Shown here piece after piece: positions 1-8,803 of a stretch of 64,000 nt of DNA. Within the stretch, counting starts at the first letter, position 1, and every line of letters starts with the position of its first letter. The notes beneath the pieces were generated by a model, which had not been told where the DNA came from, searched no databases, and saw nothing but the letters and a program-made list of their open reading frames with translations. A program made the position numbers and the translations under genes. Origin of the DNA: Pseudomonadales bacterium (GTDB taxonomy: Bacteria > Pseudomonadota > Gammaproteobacteria > Pseudomonadales > Pseudohongiellaceae); the NCBI GenBank assembly GCA_028281635.1, contig JANQJM010000052.1:86-64085 (forward strand). Direction: 5' to 3'.

Positions 1-531
1 AGCAAAGGCGCCTACATGCCCCGTGTAAATGTAATTGCTCAGCACCAGGACTCCAACGTGGGTTTCGATAACATCTTATTAGGAAATACAGATACCACAT
101 TTTTAGGTCTCGACGTTTCTATTCCAATCTATGCAGGAGGCGCGAACCGGGCTCGGGTAAGTGAAGCACGGAGCCAGCGCAGCATTGCCCAGAGTGAGCT
201 ACGGCAGATCGAACTGGAAGCTAATGAACGGGTTCGCTCAGCATACCTACAGGTGCAATCAAGCGCGTTACTGACGCAGGCGGCAGAGCGACTGGTGGAA
301 TCGACACGACTTTCCTCTGAAGCCATGCAGCAAGGATTCGAACTTGGCACGGTTACTACGGTTGATGTTCTAAATGCCCTACGTGATCAATTCCAGGCAG
401 AAAGGGATTTACAGGCAGCGCGCTACGAGCACATTAAGTTCCTCTTGGTCTTAAAGAGAGAAGCCGGTGTGTTGGATGCTGAAGATATGGTGGAAGTTGG
501 TGGCTGGCTAGTTGATCCAACTGAGCTCTAG
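1..531 (+). CDS. TolC-family outer membrane factor, C-terminal part (5' end lies outside the window)
   Basis: Frame 1 is open from base 1; the ORF track starts at an internal Met at 16. The helical C-terminal repeat ...GTVTTVDVLNALRDQFQAERDLQAARYEHIKF... is typical of TolC/OMF proteins. Confidence 0.75.
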   Translation, partial: SKGAYMPRVNVIAQHQDSNVGFDNILLGNTDTTFLGLDVSIPIYAGGANRARVSEARSQRSIAQSELRQIELEANERVRSAYLQVQSSALLTQAAERLVESTRLSSEAMQQGFELGTVTTVDVLNALRDQFQAERDLQAARYEHIKFLLVLKREAGVLDAEDMVEVGGWLVDPTEL

Positions 532-584
532 AAAAACACTAAACCTGGCGTCAATCCTCTTAACCAACGCGGCATTCGAATAGA

Positions 585-1313
585 TTACTGATACTTGTCA
601 ATCAGCCGATGAGTCATTTCTCGCAGTGAGAACTGCAAATCCTCTTCATCGAATCGATAAAACCCTTCCGCGTACTCAATCGATTCATTAAGTGAAAAAG
701 TTCTTCCTTTGTTTAGCGACAGAACCAATTCAGGGTAGTTGTTTTCACTATTCTGACTAGCATAGATATTCATAACTTTCTTTTTATCCGAAATCACGGA
801 AGTGATGTCGATAAATAAATTGACTGGGTTCTGCACACCGATTTCATAAGCAATGATCTGGGGTTTGTGATTAGTTGCATAAGCTTTTTGCAGGCCTTCC
901 CAAACGATGAAGGCTGTGGCCCGATGATCGGGATGGATTTCCAGTGGCCCAGGAAAAAACACTGAAGCAGGTTCTAGCTGGGCTATCGCGTCCTGCGTTC
1001 TGGCTTCTAATCCCTCACTAGAGTCCAGACCACGATCGGGTTCAGACCAGAAGTGTAATCCTGTCAGCCCCAGGAGATCTCCTGCACGTTCTATTTCTTG
1101 TTGTCTGATACTAACCAGATCGTCTCTGTCACCACCAAGCGCACCATCGGTAAGCACCACCACATGAGTTTCAATTCCCTCTCTTTTAGCTTTCAACAGC
1201 GCTCCCCCCATGCCGAAGGTTTCATCATCGGCGTGGGGTGCAAACACCAACCAGGGGCCGGGAGGCAGGGAAGAGACATCGAAGGGAATCAGAATGTGTT
1301 CCGGATTGAGCAT
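585..1313 (-). CDS. PIG-L/LmbE-family N-acetylglucosaminyl deacetylase
   Basis: 242-aa ORF with FAPHADDETFGMGGAL near the N-terminus and a later HPDH motif, the metal-binding signature of the family. Confidence 0.75.
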   Translation of the reverse strand: MLNPEHILIPFDVSSLPPGPWLVFAPHADDETFGMGGALLKAKREGIETHVVVLTDGALGGDRDDLVSIRQQEIERAGDLLGLTGLHFWSEPDRGLDSSEGLEARTQDAIAQLEPASVFFPGPLEIHPDHRATAFIVWEGLQKAYATNHKPQIIAYEIGVQNPVNLFIDITSVISDKKKVMNIYASQNSENNYPELVLSLNKGRTFSLNESIEYAEGFYRFDEEDLQFSLREMTHRLIDKYQ

Positions 1314-1431
1314 GTCACCGATATTTTGCGAGGAAACGAGGAGCGCAAAGTATAAGGCCTGGGCCCGTTAAATTTTAGCTTTTTCCTGACGATTCATGCT
1401 TAAATGCGCAGCCGACTGAGAGTAAACGCTG

Positions 1432-2289
1432 TTGCCTAAACGGCAGTGTTTATGTGGCTTCCACGGAAAACGCTTTAGATTCATGTTCGTCACCTTGCTT
1501 CGTGAGTGGGTCAGTACACCAGCGACTCATTATCGACTCTTCCACAACTTCACCAGGCAAGATTTCTTTGCCCAGTTCACCGCTTCCATCGGTGGTTTTC
1601 TGTGGCTGTTCATGACACCAATCGTCAATATCATCATCTATTCATTTGTGTTCGGCTATATCTTTCAGATTCGGGCGGTTGAAGGCTTCGGCGAAACACA
1701 ATTTGTCATTTTCATGATGATTGGTTATCTGCCCTGGTTTGCCTTTGCCGAAGCAGTCAGCAAGTCAACTGGTTTGCTCGTTGAGAAGGCCCCATTAATT
1801 ACCAAGGTTATGTTTCCCGTGCAGGTCCTGCCGGTAGTAGGCACGGTGATTCCATATCTGACTCACGGCATTGGATTCGGAGTCTTGTTGCTCTACCTGG
1901 CAACACAAGGACTGTTGTCCGCTGCCTGGTTGCTACTGCCGATCGTTCTGTTTTTCCAGTTCTTGTTCACTATGGGCCTGGTCGCGGTGTTATCTGCTCT
2001 TTGTGTATTTTTGCGGGATATACAGCAAATGGTCGCGCTGGGTGTCACCGTCTGGTTCTTTCTTACACCCATTATCTATCCCATCACCATGATTCAGGAT
2101 GAAGCCACAAGACAATGGTTTCTACTAAACCCCATGCACAGCTTCGTTACTCTCTATCGCGAAATCGTGTTGTTAGGAGAGATTTCACCGATCAACCTGC
2201 AGATCATCATTCCCGTGTCCCTGTTTAGCTACTTCTTTGGTGGCTGGTTGTTCATGCGCATTCGCCATGCCTTCGGCGACGTGCTTTAA
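1432..2289 (+). CDS. ABC-2 type polysaccharide/glycolipid exporter permease (Wzm/KpsM/TagG-like)
   Basis: 285-aa polytopic hydrophobic ORF with a TTG start at 1432 and an alternative ATG at 1483. It is followed 17 nt later by the matching ABC ATPase. Confidence 0.7.
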   Translation: MPKRQCLCGFHGKRFRFMFVTLLREWVSTPATHYRLFHNFTRQDFFAQFTASIGGFLWLFMTPIVNIIIYSFVFGYIFQIRAVEGFGETQFVIFMMIGYLPWFAFAEAVSKSTGLLVEKAPLITKVMFPVQVLPVVGTVIPYLTHGIGFGVLLLYLATQGLLSAAWLLLPIVLFFQFLFTMGLVAVLSALCVFLRDIQQMVALGVTVWFFLTPIIYPITMIQDEATRQWFLLNPMHSFVTLYREIVLLGEISPINLQIIIPVSLFSYFFGGWLFMRIRHAFGDVL

Positions 2290-2305
2290 GAGTTAAGAGT
2301 TACCA

Positions 2306-3541
2306 GTGCCACGTATCACAGTTAACAACCTGCACAAGGACTTCAGGATCTACGATCGGCCGCAGGATCGCCTGTGGGAGATCTTACTGAGAAAATCACG
2401 GCATAAAATCTACCATGTATTAAGTGATATCTCCTTCGCCGTTCCCGATGGTAAGAGCCTGGGCATTATCGGCGTGAACGGTGCGGGCAAATCGACTCTG
2501 CTGAAGCTCCTGGTGGGGACCCTGCAACCTACCAGTGGTGATATAGAGATTCAGGGCCAGGTGGCGGCATTACTGGAGCTGGGCGCCGGTTTCCATCCCG
2601 AGTTTACAGGCCGTCGCAATATCTATCTCAATGCTTCATTGCTGGGTGTACCCGATGAAAACATTGCTGAGCTGGAGAATGACATCATCGAGTTCTCCGA
2701 GCTGGACTACTTCATCGATCGCCCGGTTAAAACCTATTCCTCAGGAATGTTTGTACGCCTGGCCTTCTCTATTGCCACCATGGTGCGCCCGGATATTCTG
2801 GTGATAGATGAGGCACTCTCGGTTGGAGACATGGCCTTTCAGCGAAAGTGTGTTGAACGCATGAACCAGTTCCGCGCAGAACAGAAGACCATGGTTTTCT
2901 GTAGTCACTCCATGTTTCATATTCAGGAGTTATGCGATACAGCCATCTGGATCGATAAGGGTAAGATTCGTGAGATTGGGGACAGTGACAAGGTCGTTGG
3001 TCACTATGAGGATTTTTGTAACAGCAAAAAATCCTATAACAGCATTCGCGAAGATATTCCCGAGGAGTTAGAAGAACAGAAAAAGGATTCATCCGATGAT
3101 TCCGAACCCGCAGTTCAGGACTGTCGCATCAATTCTCTGTCAGTCAAGGACAGTGACGGCAACCTCATTGACGAATTGGAACCCTTGACCAGCGTCACTA
3201 TGGAAATGGAAGTCGAAGTCCTCAAAGACGGTATCGAAGGCAACTTCGGATTCGCCTTCATGAAATCATCTGAAGAGCCTCATGCCTCTTTTCTGACAAC
3301 AGAGATAGACAGCGTGGAGAAAGGACCCTTTCACAAAGGTGATATCTTTACTGTATCCCTAACAGTACACCACTTTGCTATGCGAGTAGGCGAGTATTAT
3401 GTGCTTGGTGGACTGGCCGACAAGAGCGGTTTGCTCTGGTATGAAACCAAGTTCAGTAAACAGCTCAGCATCAAGCCAAACAAGGGCGTAGGACCAATCA
3501 TCATGGACTCTGATTGGTCAGTCACCCGAAAACAAGTCTAG
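2306..3541 (+). CDS. ABC exporter ATP-binding protein with C-terminal extension (Wzt/TagH-like)
   Basis: Walker A GVNGAGKST, ABC signature YSSGMFVRLAF, Walker B ILVIDEALSVGD. The roughly 150-aa C-terminal beta-rich extension resembles that of O-antigen/teichoic-type Wzt proteins. Confidence 0.85.
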   Translation: MPRITVNNLHKDFRIYDRPQDRLWEILLRKSRHKIYHVLSDISFAVPDGKSLGIIGVNGAGKSTLLKLLVGTLQPTSGDIEIQGQVAALLELGAGFHPEFTGRRNIYLNASLLGVPDENIAELENDIIEFSELDYFIDRPVKTYSSGMFVRLAFSIATMVRPDILVIDEALSVGDMAFQRKCVERMNQFRAEQKTMVFCSHSMFHIQELCDTAIWIDKGKIREIGDSDKVVGHYEDFCNSKKSYNSIREDIPEELEEQKKDSSDDSEPAVQDCRINSLSVKDSDGNLIDELEPLTSVTMEMEVEVLKDGIEGNFGFAFMKSSEEPHASFLTTEIDSVEKGPFHKGDIFTVSLTVHHFAMRVGEYYVLGGLADKSGLLWYETKFSKQLSIKPNKGVGPIIMDSDWSVTRKQV

Positions 3542-4632
3542 TGGGGAAACAAATAGTCTTCGGGCAATAGGCGAGCTGGCGCAGTATCCGGTAGTCGGCC
3601 ATAGGGATTGATGTTGTAGACCCTGGGCAAATTGTTATAGCTGCGCACTTCGACGATTTCCATATAAGCCTGGGTAACAGGGTCCGGATTCACAAAATCC
3701 TGCTGCTCTTCCATTCGCTGTAAGGTTTCTTCATCCATTTCCGCCTTAGGGTAGACAAAGATTGAATACACCTGGGAAGTGTTATTACCGATCCAGGCTG
3801 ACAGTTCCTGTAAGTTTTCAAAGGGAATGATCTCTGCCACTTCAGCACGATTACTGATGTCCTCCAGTTGGCGATAAGCGATGACATTTTCAATCAACTC
3901 TTCATCCATCCCAGGAAGTAGCTCCATAGCCTCTCTCGTGGCCAGATTAAGATTCACTGTGCGGTCATTGCCATAGATGGTGAACGCGGCATCCAGATTG
4001 ACCCCTTCAAATAACTCGGCAAAGCCGCGGATATGCAGAATCTCTTCCACTGTATCCAACTCCGGATTGTTGCGGGGTGAGTAGGGTTGGTCGAGACTCT
4101 GGTAGTATTCTTCCTCAGCCCCATTGAGCCCTTCCAGATCATTTAGATCAGTCCAGTCGGTCCAGGCTGCCAGCAGGTCCTGCACCTGCTCAGGGTCAGC
4201 ATCCAATCCTCCCAAACGTTTCTCTATCAGCATCTGCATATTGCGCCGGGGTATGCGATTAAGATTGATTTTGCCACCGTGGTCGTAGATACGGACCACG
4301 ACATCTTCTGACTTCGGATAGTGTAAATCGAGCGGCTGGCCATTAAACCGGTATTCGGTCCTTCTCACTTCGCCTTCTTCGGTGAGTTCTGGCTCGAAGT
4401 CCACCGGTTGCGCCATAAGCTCCAACATGAGTTCCATCTCGGCATGACTGATAGCCCCCATCAGCTCTGCCCAGCCGTCACTAGCCTCCTGGTTGTGCAT
4501 TACCGTCTGTGCGGACAGCCTGACCTTTCCGGCCATGGCCGTGACCAAAACAGTCAATAGCACTGCTGTCCACAGCACTATAATTAGAACTGACCCCTTT
4601 TGATTAATCACAGCTTCAATATTCCTATTCAT
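3538..4632 (-). CDS. gspK: Type II secretion minor pseudopilin GspK
   Basis: Start trimmed to ATG 4632 (MNRNIEAVINQKG/SVLIIVLW), which overlaps the gspJ stop by 8 nt. Hydrophobic N-terminus lacks Glu+5. GKINLN and YYQSLDQPYSPRNNPELDTVEEIL blocks are typical of GspK. Confidence 0.8.
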   Translation of the reverse strand: MNRNIEAVINQKGSVLIIVLWTAVLLTVLVTAMAGKVRLSAQTVMHNQEASDGWAELMGAISHAEMELMLELMAQPVDFEPELTEEGEVRRTEYRFNGQPLDLHYPKSEDVVVRIYDHGGKINLNRIPRRNMQMLIEKRLGGLDADPEQVQDLLAAWTDWTDLNDLEGLNGAEEEYYQSLDQPYSPRNNPELDTVEEILHIRGFAELFEGVNLDAAFTIYGNDRTVNLNLATREAMELLPGMDEELIENVIAYRQLEDISNRAEVAEIIPFENLQELSAWIGNNTSQVYSIFVYPKAEMDEETLQRMEEQQDFVNPDPVTQAYMEIVEVRSYNNLPRVYNINPYGRLPDTAPARLLPEDYLFPH

Positions 4633-5290
4633 TGAGGTTGGGACGAATACTACGATGAATATTATTGCGGACCCGGGCCAGTACTTCTTTGTCGACACTA
4701 CCTTCAGGTTGGCTATCATCGGGGATAAACCGCACATAGATCGCTAACGGCAGACTCAATCGTTCTGCACCTTCCCATTCTTGAGTCCATATCAAAGACT
4801 CGTCTAAATCTTCATAGAGATAGCTCAACTCTAGCTCATGGCCGGGCAAGATTAAGGTGGCTTCGGCTTCATCCAATCGCTGCGTAGGGTCATCACTGAA
4901 GGCAGGAACAGTCTTCAGATATACTCCTTCATCTGGAATCGCGTACATCTGCCAGGCAGTCAGTCCAGGTCGGCGCTGGGGCGAAACGGTGGTTACCCAA
5001 CTGATGAATTCATCGTCGCCACTAAAATAGATCTGACGCGATAACAGTTCACGATTGGTGAAGCTATGGGGAAATGCACCGTGCAGTGCGCGATCAATTT
5101 GCAAGATGGCTAAAGATTCATCCAATGTCTGATCGAATACTTCCGTATTACGATTCCAGTCATCCGCCACCACAAACACACCTGTGCTTAACAGCCCAAG
5201 CAACATCGCGGTCAATGACAATGCCAGCATGACTTCAATGAGGGTGAAACCTTTCCAATATCGACTGTTAGGATTTTGACGCCTATTCAT
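4625..5290 (-). CDS. gspJ: Type II secretion minor pseudopilin GspJ-like
   Basis: Prepilin cleavage/methylation motif KG/FTLIEVMLAL. The size (221 aa) and the position between I and K fit GspJ. ATGA overlap with the gspI stop. Confidence 0.7.
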   Translation of the reverse strand: MNRRQNPNSRYWKGFTLIEVMLALSLTAMLLGLLSTGVFVVADDWNRNTEVFDQTLDESLAILQIDRALHGAFPHSFTNRELLSRQIYFSGDDEFISWVTTVSPQRRPGLTAWQMYAIPDEGVYLKTVPAFSDDPTQRLDEAEATLILPGHELELSYLYEDLDESLIWTQEWEGAERLSLPLAIYVRFIPDDSQPEGSVDKEVLARVRNNIHRSIRPNLNE

Positions 5291-5676
5291 CGTGCAAGAT
5301 CCCTCTGAATCCAGCGCGTACCTATTATCAGTTCTTCTCTTTCTTGATGGAGAATTTCGTAGGCTTGCAGGGCGTGAAGGGTAGGCTGAGTCTTACGCTC
5401 AGGATCTTCTAATTCCTGATTCGCAATAATGCGATAGCTCTGCGATTCCAGTATCGGCTCTACTTCATTGAATTCGTTCTGCAGTAGCGCAAAGTTAGTG
5501 ACGGCTCGCAGCTCTGTGGCTCGAAGCAGGCTGTCTTCAGAACGCCAGGTCAGTTGCTTGCTCCCTCCAACCAGAGAAAACAGACTACCCAATACGAAAC
5601 CGGTAATTGCAAGGGCCACCATCACTTCCAGCAAGGTAAACCCTTGCGGCTTCCGTATAGGAATTCGGTTACTCAT
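5287..5676 (-). CDS. gspI: Type II secretion minor pseudopilin GspI-like
   Basis: Start trimmed to ATG 5676 (MSNRIPIRKPQG/FTLLEVMVALA), which overlaps the gspH stop by 8 nt (ATGAGTAA). 129 aa. Confidence 0.7.
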   Translation of the reverse strand: MSNRIPIRKPQGFTLLEVMVALAITGFVLGSLFSLVGGSKQLTWRSEDSLLRATELRAVTNFALLQNEFNEVEPILESQSYRIIANQELEDPERKTQPTLHALQAYEILHQEREELIIGTRWIQRDLAR

Positions 5677-6211
5677 CGTCCGCATTACTCTCATTACTGA
5701 TGCGACCGGTAAATGGATCGATAAGGATGCGGGCCTGTTGCGATTCGAAGGCCAGCATGAGAGTACCACCGGTACTTCCACCCTCAGGGAAAAACGTGAT
5801 GTCGATACTGTCTTCAACTTCTGTTATTTGATCGGTGCTATCAAGGAATTGCAGTTGAATGTCTGCGCTTTCCCAACTCGCAACCAGGTTAGCCCCCTCC
5901 ATGTCTGGTTCTTCTTCGGCCGCTTCACCGGCAATTAATCGCACTGTGCTGGGCTGCCCCCGCACTACCGCATCACGACGGGCATAGTTGAGTAGCGTGT
6001 TGGCCTCTCGCACCTGAACATTGAAGGAGCGGGCATCCAGAGCGCCCACATTGGGAAAGATCAGCACACTGGCCAGGCCGATAATACTCAGTACCAGCAA
6101 GAGCTCCAGCAGTGTGAAGCCGGACTCAGAGGAAGTGAGTATTGAGGAATCAGCGCTAGAGCCCGATATCGGCGTCATCACCTTCGCCGCCTCGCTCACC
6201 ATCAGGGCCAT
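5669..6211 (-). CDS. gspH: Type II secretion minor pseudopilin GspH-like
   Basis: SG/FTLLELLLVLSIIG prepilin motif. The start is uncertain: ATG 6211 overlaps the gspG 3' end by 56 nt, and ATG 6178 is an alternative. Confidence 0.65.
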   Translation of the reverse strand: MALMVSEAAKVMTPISGSSADSSILTSSESGFTLLELLLVLSIIGLASVLIFPNVGALDARSFNVQVREANTLLNYARRDAVVRGQPSTVRLIAGEAAEEEPDMEGANLVASWESADIQLQFLDSTDQITEVEDSIDITFFPEGGSTGGTLMLAFESQQARILIDPFTGRISNESNADDE

Positions 6212-6572
6212 AGGACATCAATGTAAAGCTTCGGCCATCGGCTTCATAGATGTAGTCATTTCCCCAAGGGTCCTGCGGCACTTCGCGGCGCAAATAGGGG
6301 CCATTCCAGGAAGCCCTGCCAGAGTCGTTTTCCACCAGACCCTCTAGTGAATCCGGATATTCACCCACATCCAATCGATAGGCGTCCAGGGCGGTTTCAA
6401 GAGAAGAGATCTGCGAAAGGGCAGCATCCCGTTGTGCACCCGCCTGTTGGTTAAAGATATTTGGAGCCACCATGATGGCAAGCATGCCGATGATTGCCAT
6501 TACCACCAGGATTTCGATCAGGGTGAATCCGGATTGCTTGCTGGTTCGACTGCAAATGAATTGTGTAGTCAT
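6156..6572 (-). CDS. gspG: Type II secretion major pseudopilin GspG
   Basis: Start trimmed to ATG 6572 (MTTQFICSRTSKQSG/FTLIEILVVMAIIG). Conserved ...WNGPYL...DPWGNDYIY... and a C-terminal DGERGGEGDDADIG tail are typical of GspG. Confidence 0.9.
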   Translation of the reverse strand: MTTQFICSRTSKQSGFTLIEILVVMAIIGMLAIMVAPNIFNQQAGAQRDAALSQISSLETALDAYRLDVGEYPDSLEGLVENDSGRASWNGPYLRREVPQDPWGNDYIYEADGRSFTLMSYGPDGERGGEGDDADIGL

Positions 6573-6612
6573 CCTATGCTTCCTATACGCGCTGCTGACG
6601 CTCCGTCTGGCA

Positions 6613-8790
6613 TCAAATATTGAGATCCTCGAACAATTCCGAAGCCAGCTCGAAACGGTCCAGGATATTGGCATATTGTACACCTGCTTCATCATTGAGA
6701 TTGATGATCTCCGGTCGCAAGACGATGAACAGTTCACGCCGCTCCACGTTTTGCTGTTGATAGGAGAACAGGTTGCCAAGTACCGGAATTCGATTCAGAC
6801 CTGGCACACCGGTATTCAGGTTCTCCAAATCATTCTGAATCAAACCACCAAGCACAATGTTCTCGCCGTTGCGCACCACTACAGTTGTACTGATTTCCTG
6901 ATTGTTAAACACCGGATTATTGTTAACGCCGGCCGAACTGCTGTCCACCGATGACAACACCTGGCGAATGATGAGATTGACCACACCATCTTCGTTTATT
7001 TGGGGTGTTATATAGAGTTCGATACCGGTAGGGCGGTATTGAATATTGGTGGTGGCAACGCCGCCAGGGCCCAGTGCTTCGCCCGCTTCCACCGGCACCT
7101 CGGCACCAATCTGAATTTCACCTTCCTGATTGTTACTTACGGTTAACGAAGGCCTGGCCAACAATCGCACGTCGTTGTTTACTGCAATGGCCTCCAGGGT
7201 GGCTTCCACTCTAGCTGAGCCATCGAGAAACCCTTTGGAGAACATCAGGCCACCTAAACTGGGGGCGAAATCTGTAGTCGTGGTGGTCGAGATAGGATCA
7301 AGCGCCGCGTCCGCTGCGATGCGACTCCAGTCCACACCAAACTTGGTTTCATCGTTTAGTGTGATCTGCGCGATCACTGCATTGACCATCACCTGCAATG
7401 GCACTACATCCAGCTGACTAATGGTGGTCAGCAGCTGGCGGTAGTCTCTGGCCGTGCTGCGAATCAACAAGCTATTGGTCGCTTCGTCAGCGACGATTTT
7501 TACTCTCAGGTTAGCTGACACGGGACCGTCACCCTCGGGGGTCCCGGCCGGCGCATCACCTTCCCTCAGCGTATCAATATCTAAAAGTACCGGTTCATCG
7601 TCTTCACCGGTCTCGGGAAACAGACGTCGACTTTCCAATGTTGTACCGTCGTCAGTTACGAAAAACGCCCCCTCATCTTGCTCTTCTTCAAACACCTCGG
7701 ACAAGGTTTCCGCCAAATCCAGCGCCACCAGATTTTTCACGCGATACATGAAGAGCTGCTCAACCTGTTCCTGGCTGTCAGCATCAAGTATCTGCACCCA
7801 GCGCGAGATTTCTTCAAATCCACGTGAGGCTGGTGCAGTTACGAGCAGAGCGTTGATTCGCGCGATACCGCGCACCTGATAAGAAGGATTTGGCCCTTCG
7901 ATGAGCTGCAGGATCTCTGCTAACTCCTCGGCAACTTGTGCTGAATTAGCATTGCTTAACTGATAAAGATGAATGCCCTGATTAACGAATGGATCAGCAT
8001 CGACGAGCATCAACAATTGATTCACTCTTTCCAGGTCAAATTCTGATCCACTGATAAGCAATAGGTTACTGGCACCGAGTTGCCTCACCTCGCCGTTAGG
8101 TTGCAGCAGTGGTTCGATAGCTTGAATAACTGCTTCAGTGGAAACATACACCAGCGGAGTTACCTGCATAACTCGTGCGGCAGTTCCATCACCTAAGGTA
8201 TCAGGTGTAACAATTTCTGAAGTTAAATTCGAAGTAACCCGACGCGCATTGTAAACATCACCAGCGCGTTCTATCACTACACCTGCATCGCGACTTAGCA
8301 GACGCATTAGAGGCCAGATGTCATCTCGTTGCAGCGGTCGATTGGGTGAAGTGCGAATGGATACTTGAGTATCAATGGTAGGATCAATAACTATGGAAAC
8401 GTCCAGAGCATTGGCAAGCTCTTCCAGCACCAGGCGTAATTCAGCCTGCTCATAGTTGAGCTCGACTACATCTTCGCCCTCAATGACTTCCGGTGCCGGC
8501 ACTTCTTCTGTATAGCCACCAAAACTAACTACCTGACCCTGCCGATTTATGGCATTGATCAATGCCTGTTGCTCTTCTGAACTGGTAGATGGCAACTCAG
8601 GGATATTTGTGTTGTTTTGGGATTGAGTAGCTGCAGGCTGAGTAAACACAGCAGTTGTGCCCGTTCCCGTCGGCGCCGGATTTTGTTCCAACACAGTACA
8701 GGAAGAAATACCCAGCAAGAGACCGCTCAAGGCAATGGCCCTGCGCAGATTTGTCTTAGCCGCTCTCTGGGTAGTGTCCAGGGTTTTCAC
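6613..8790 (-). CDS. gspD: Type II secretion secretin GspD (predicted lipoprotein form)
   Basis: Secretin C-domain (...LLARPSLTVSNNQEGEIQIG..., VPGLNRIPVLGNLFS, ERRELFIVLRPEII). N0-like domain VELNYEQAELRLVLEELANALDVSIVIDP. GTG 8790 is preferred over the track's TTG 8802 because GGAG lies 6 nt upstream. Signal peptide with lipobox LLLGISS/C. Confidence 0.9.
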   Translation of the reverse strand: MKTLDTTQRAAKTNLRRAIALSGLLLGISSCTVLEQNPAPTGTGTTAVFTQPAATQSQNNTNIPELPSTSSEEQQALINAINRQGQVVSFGGYTEEVPAPEVIEGEDVVELNYEQAELRLVLEELANALDVSIVIDPTIDTQVSIRTSPNRPLQRDDIWPLMRLLSRDAGVVIERAGDVYNARRVTSNLTSEIVTPDTLGDGTAARVMQVTPLVYVSTEAVIQAIEPLLQPNGEVRQLGASNLLLISGSEFDLERVNQLLMLVDADPFVNQGIHLYQLSNANSAQVAEELAEILQLIEGPNPSYQVRGIARINALLVTAPASRGFEEISRWVQILDADSQEQVEQLFMYRVKNLVALDLAETLSEVFEEEQDEGAFFVTDDGTTLESRRLFPETGEDDEPVLLDIDTLREGDAPAGTPEGDGPVSANLRVKIVADEATNSLLIRSTARDYRQLLTTISQLDVVPLQVMVNAVIAQITLNDETKFGVDWSRIAADAALDPISTTTTTDFAPSLGGLMFSKGFLDGSARVEATLEAIAVNNDVRLLARPSLTVSNNQEGEIQIGAEVPVEAGEALGPGGVATTNIQYRPTGIELYITPQINEDGVVNLIIRQVLSSVDSSSAGVNNNPVFNNQEISTTVVVRNGENIVLGGLIQNDLENLNTGVPGLNRIPVLGNLFSYQQQNVERRELFIVLRPEIINLNDEAGVQYANILDRFELASELFEDLNI

Positions 8791-8803
8791 ATTATTCTCC
8801 AAA

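Noticed and set aside
5468-7879. Antisense ORFs of 141-160 aa (5468-5938, 6472-6954, 7454-7879) across the pseudopilin and secretin genes
   Set aside because: They give low-complexity Ser/Arg-rich translations opposite well-supported genes. They are most likely shadow ORFs.
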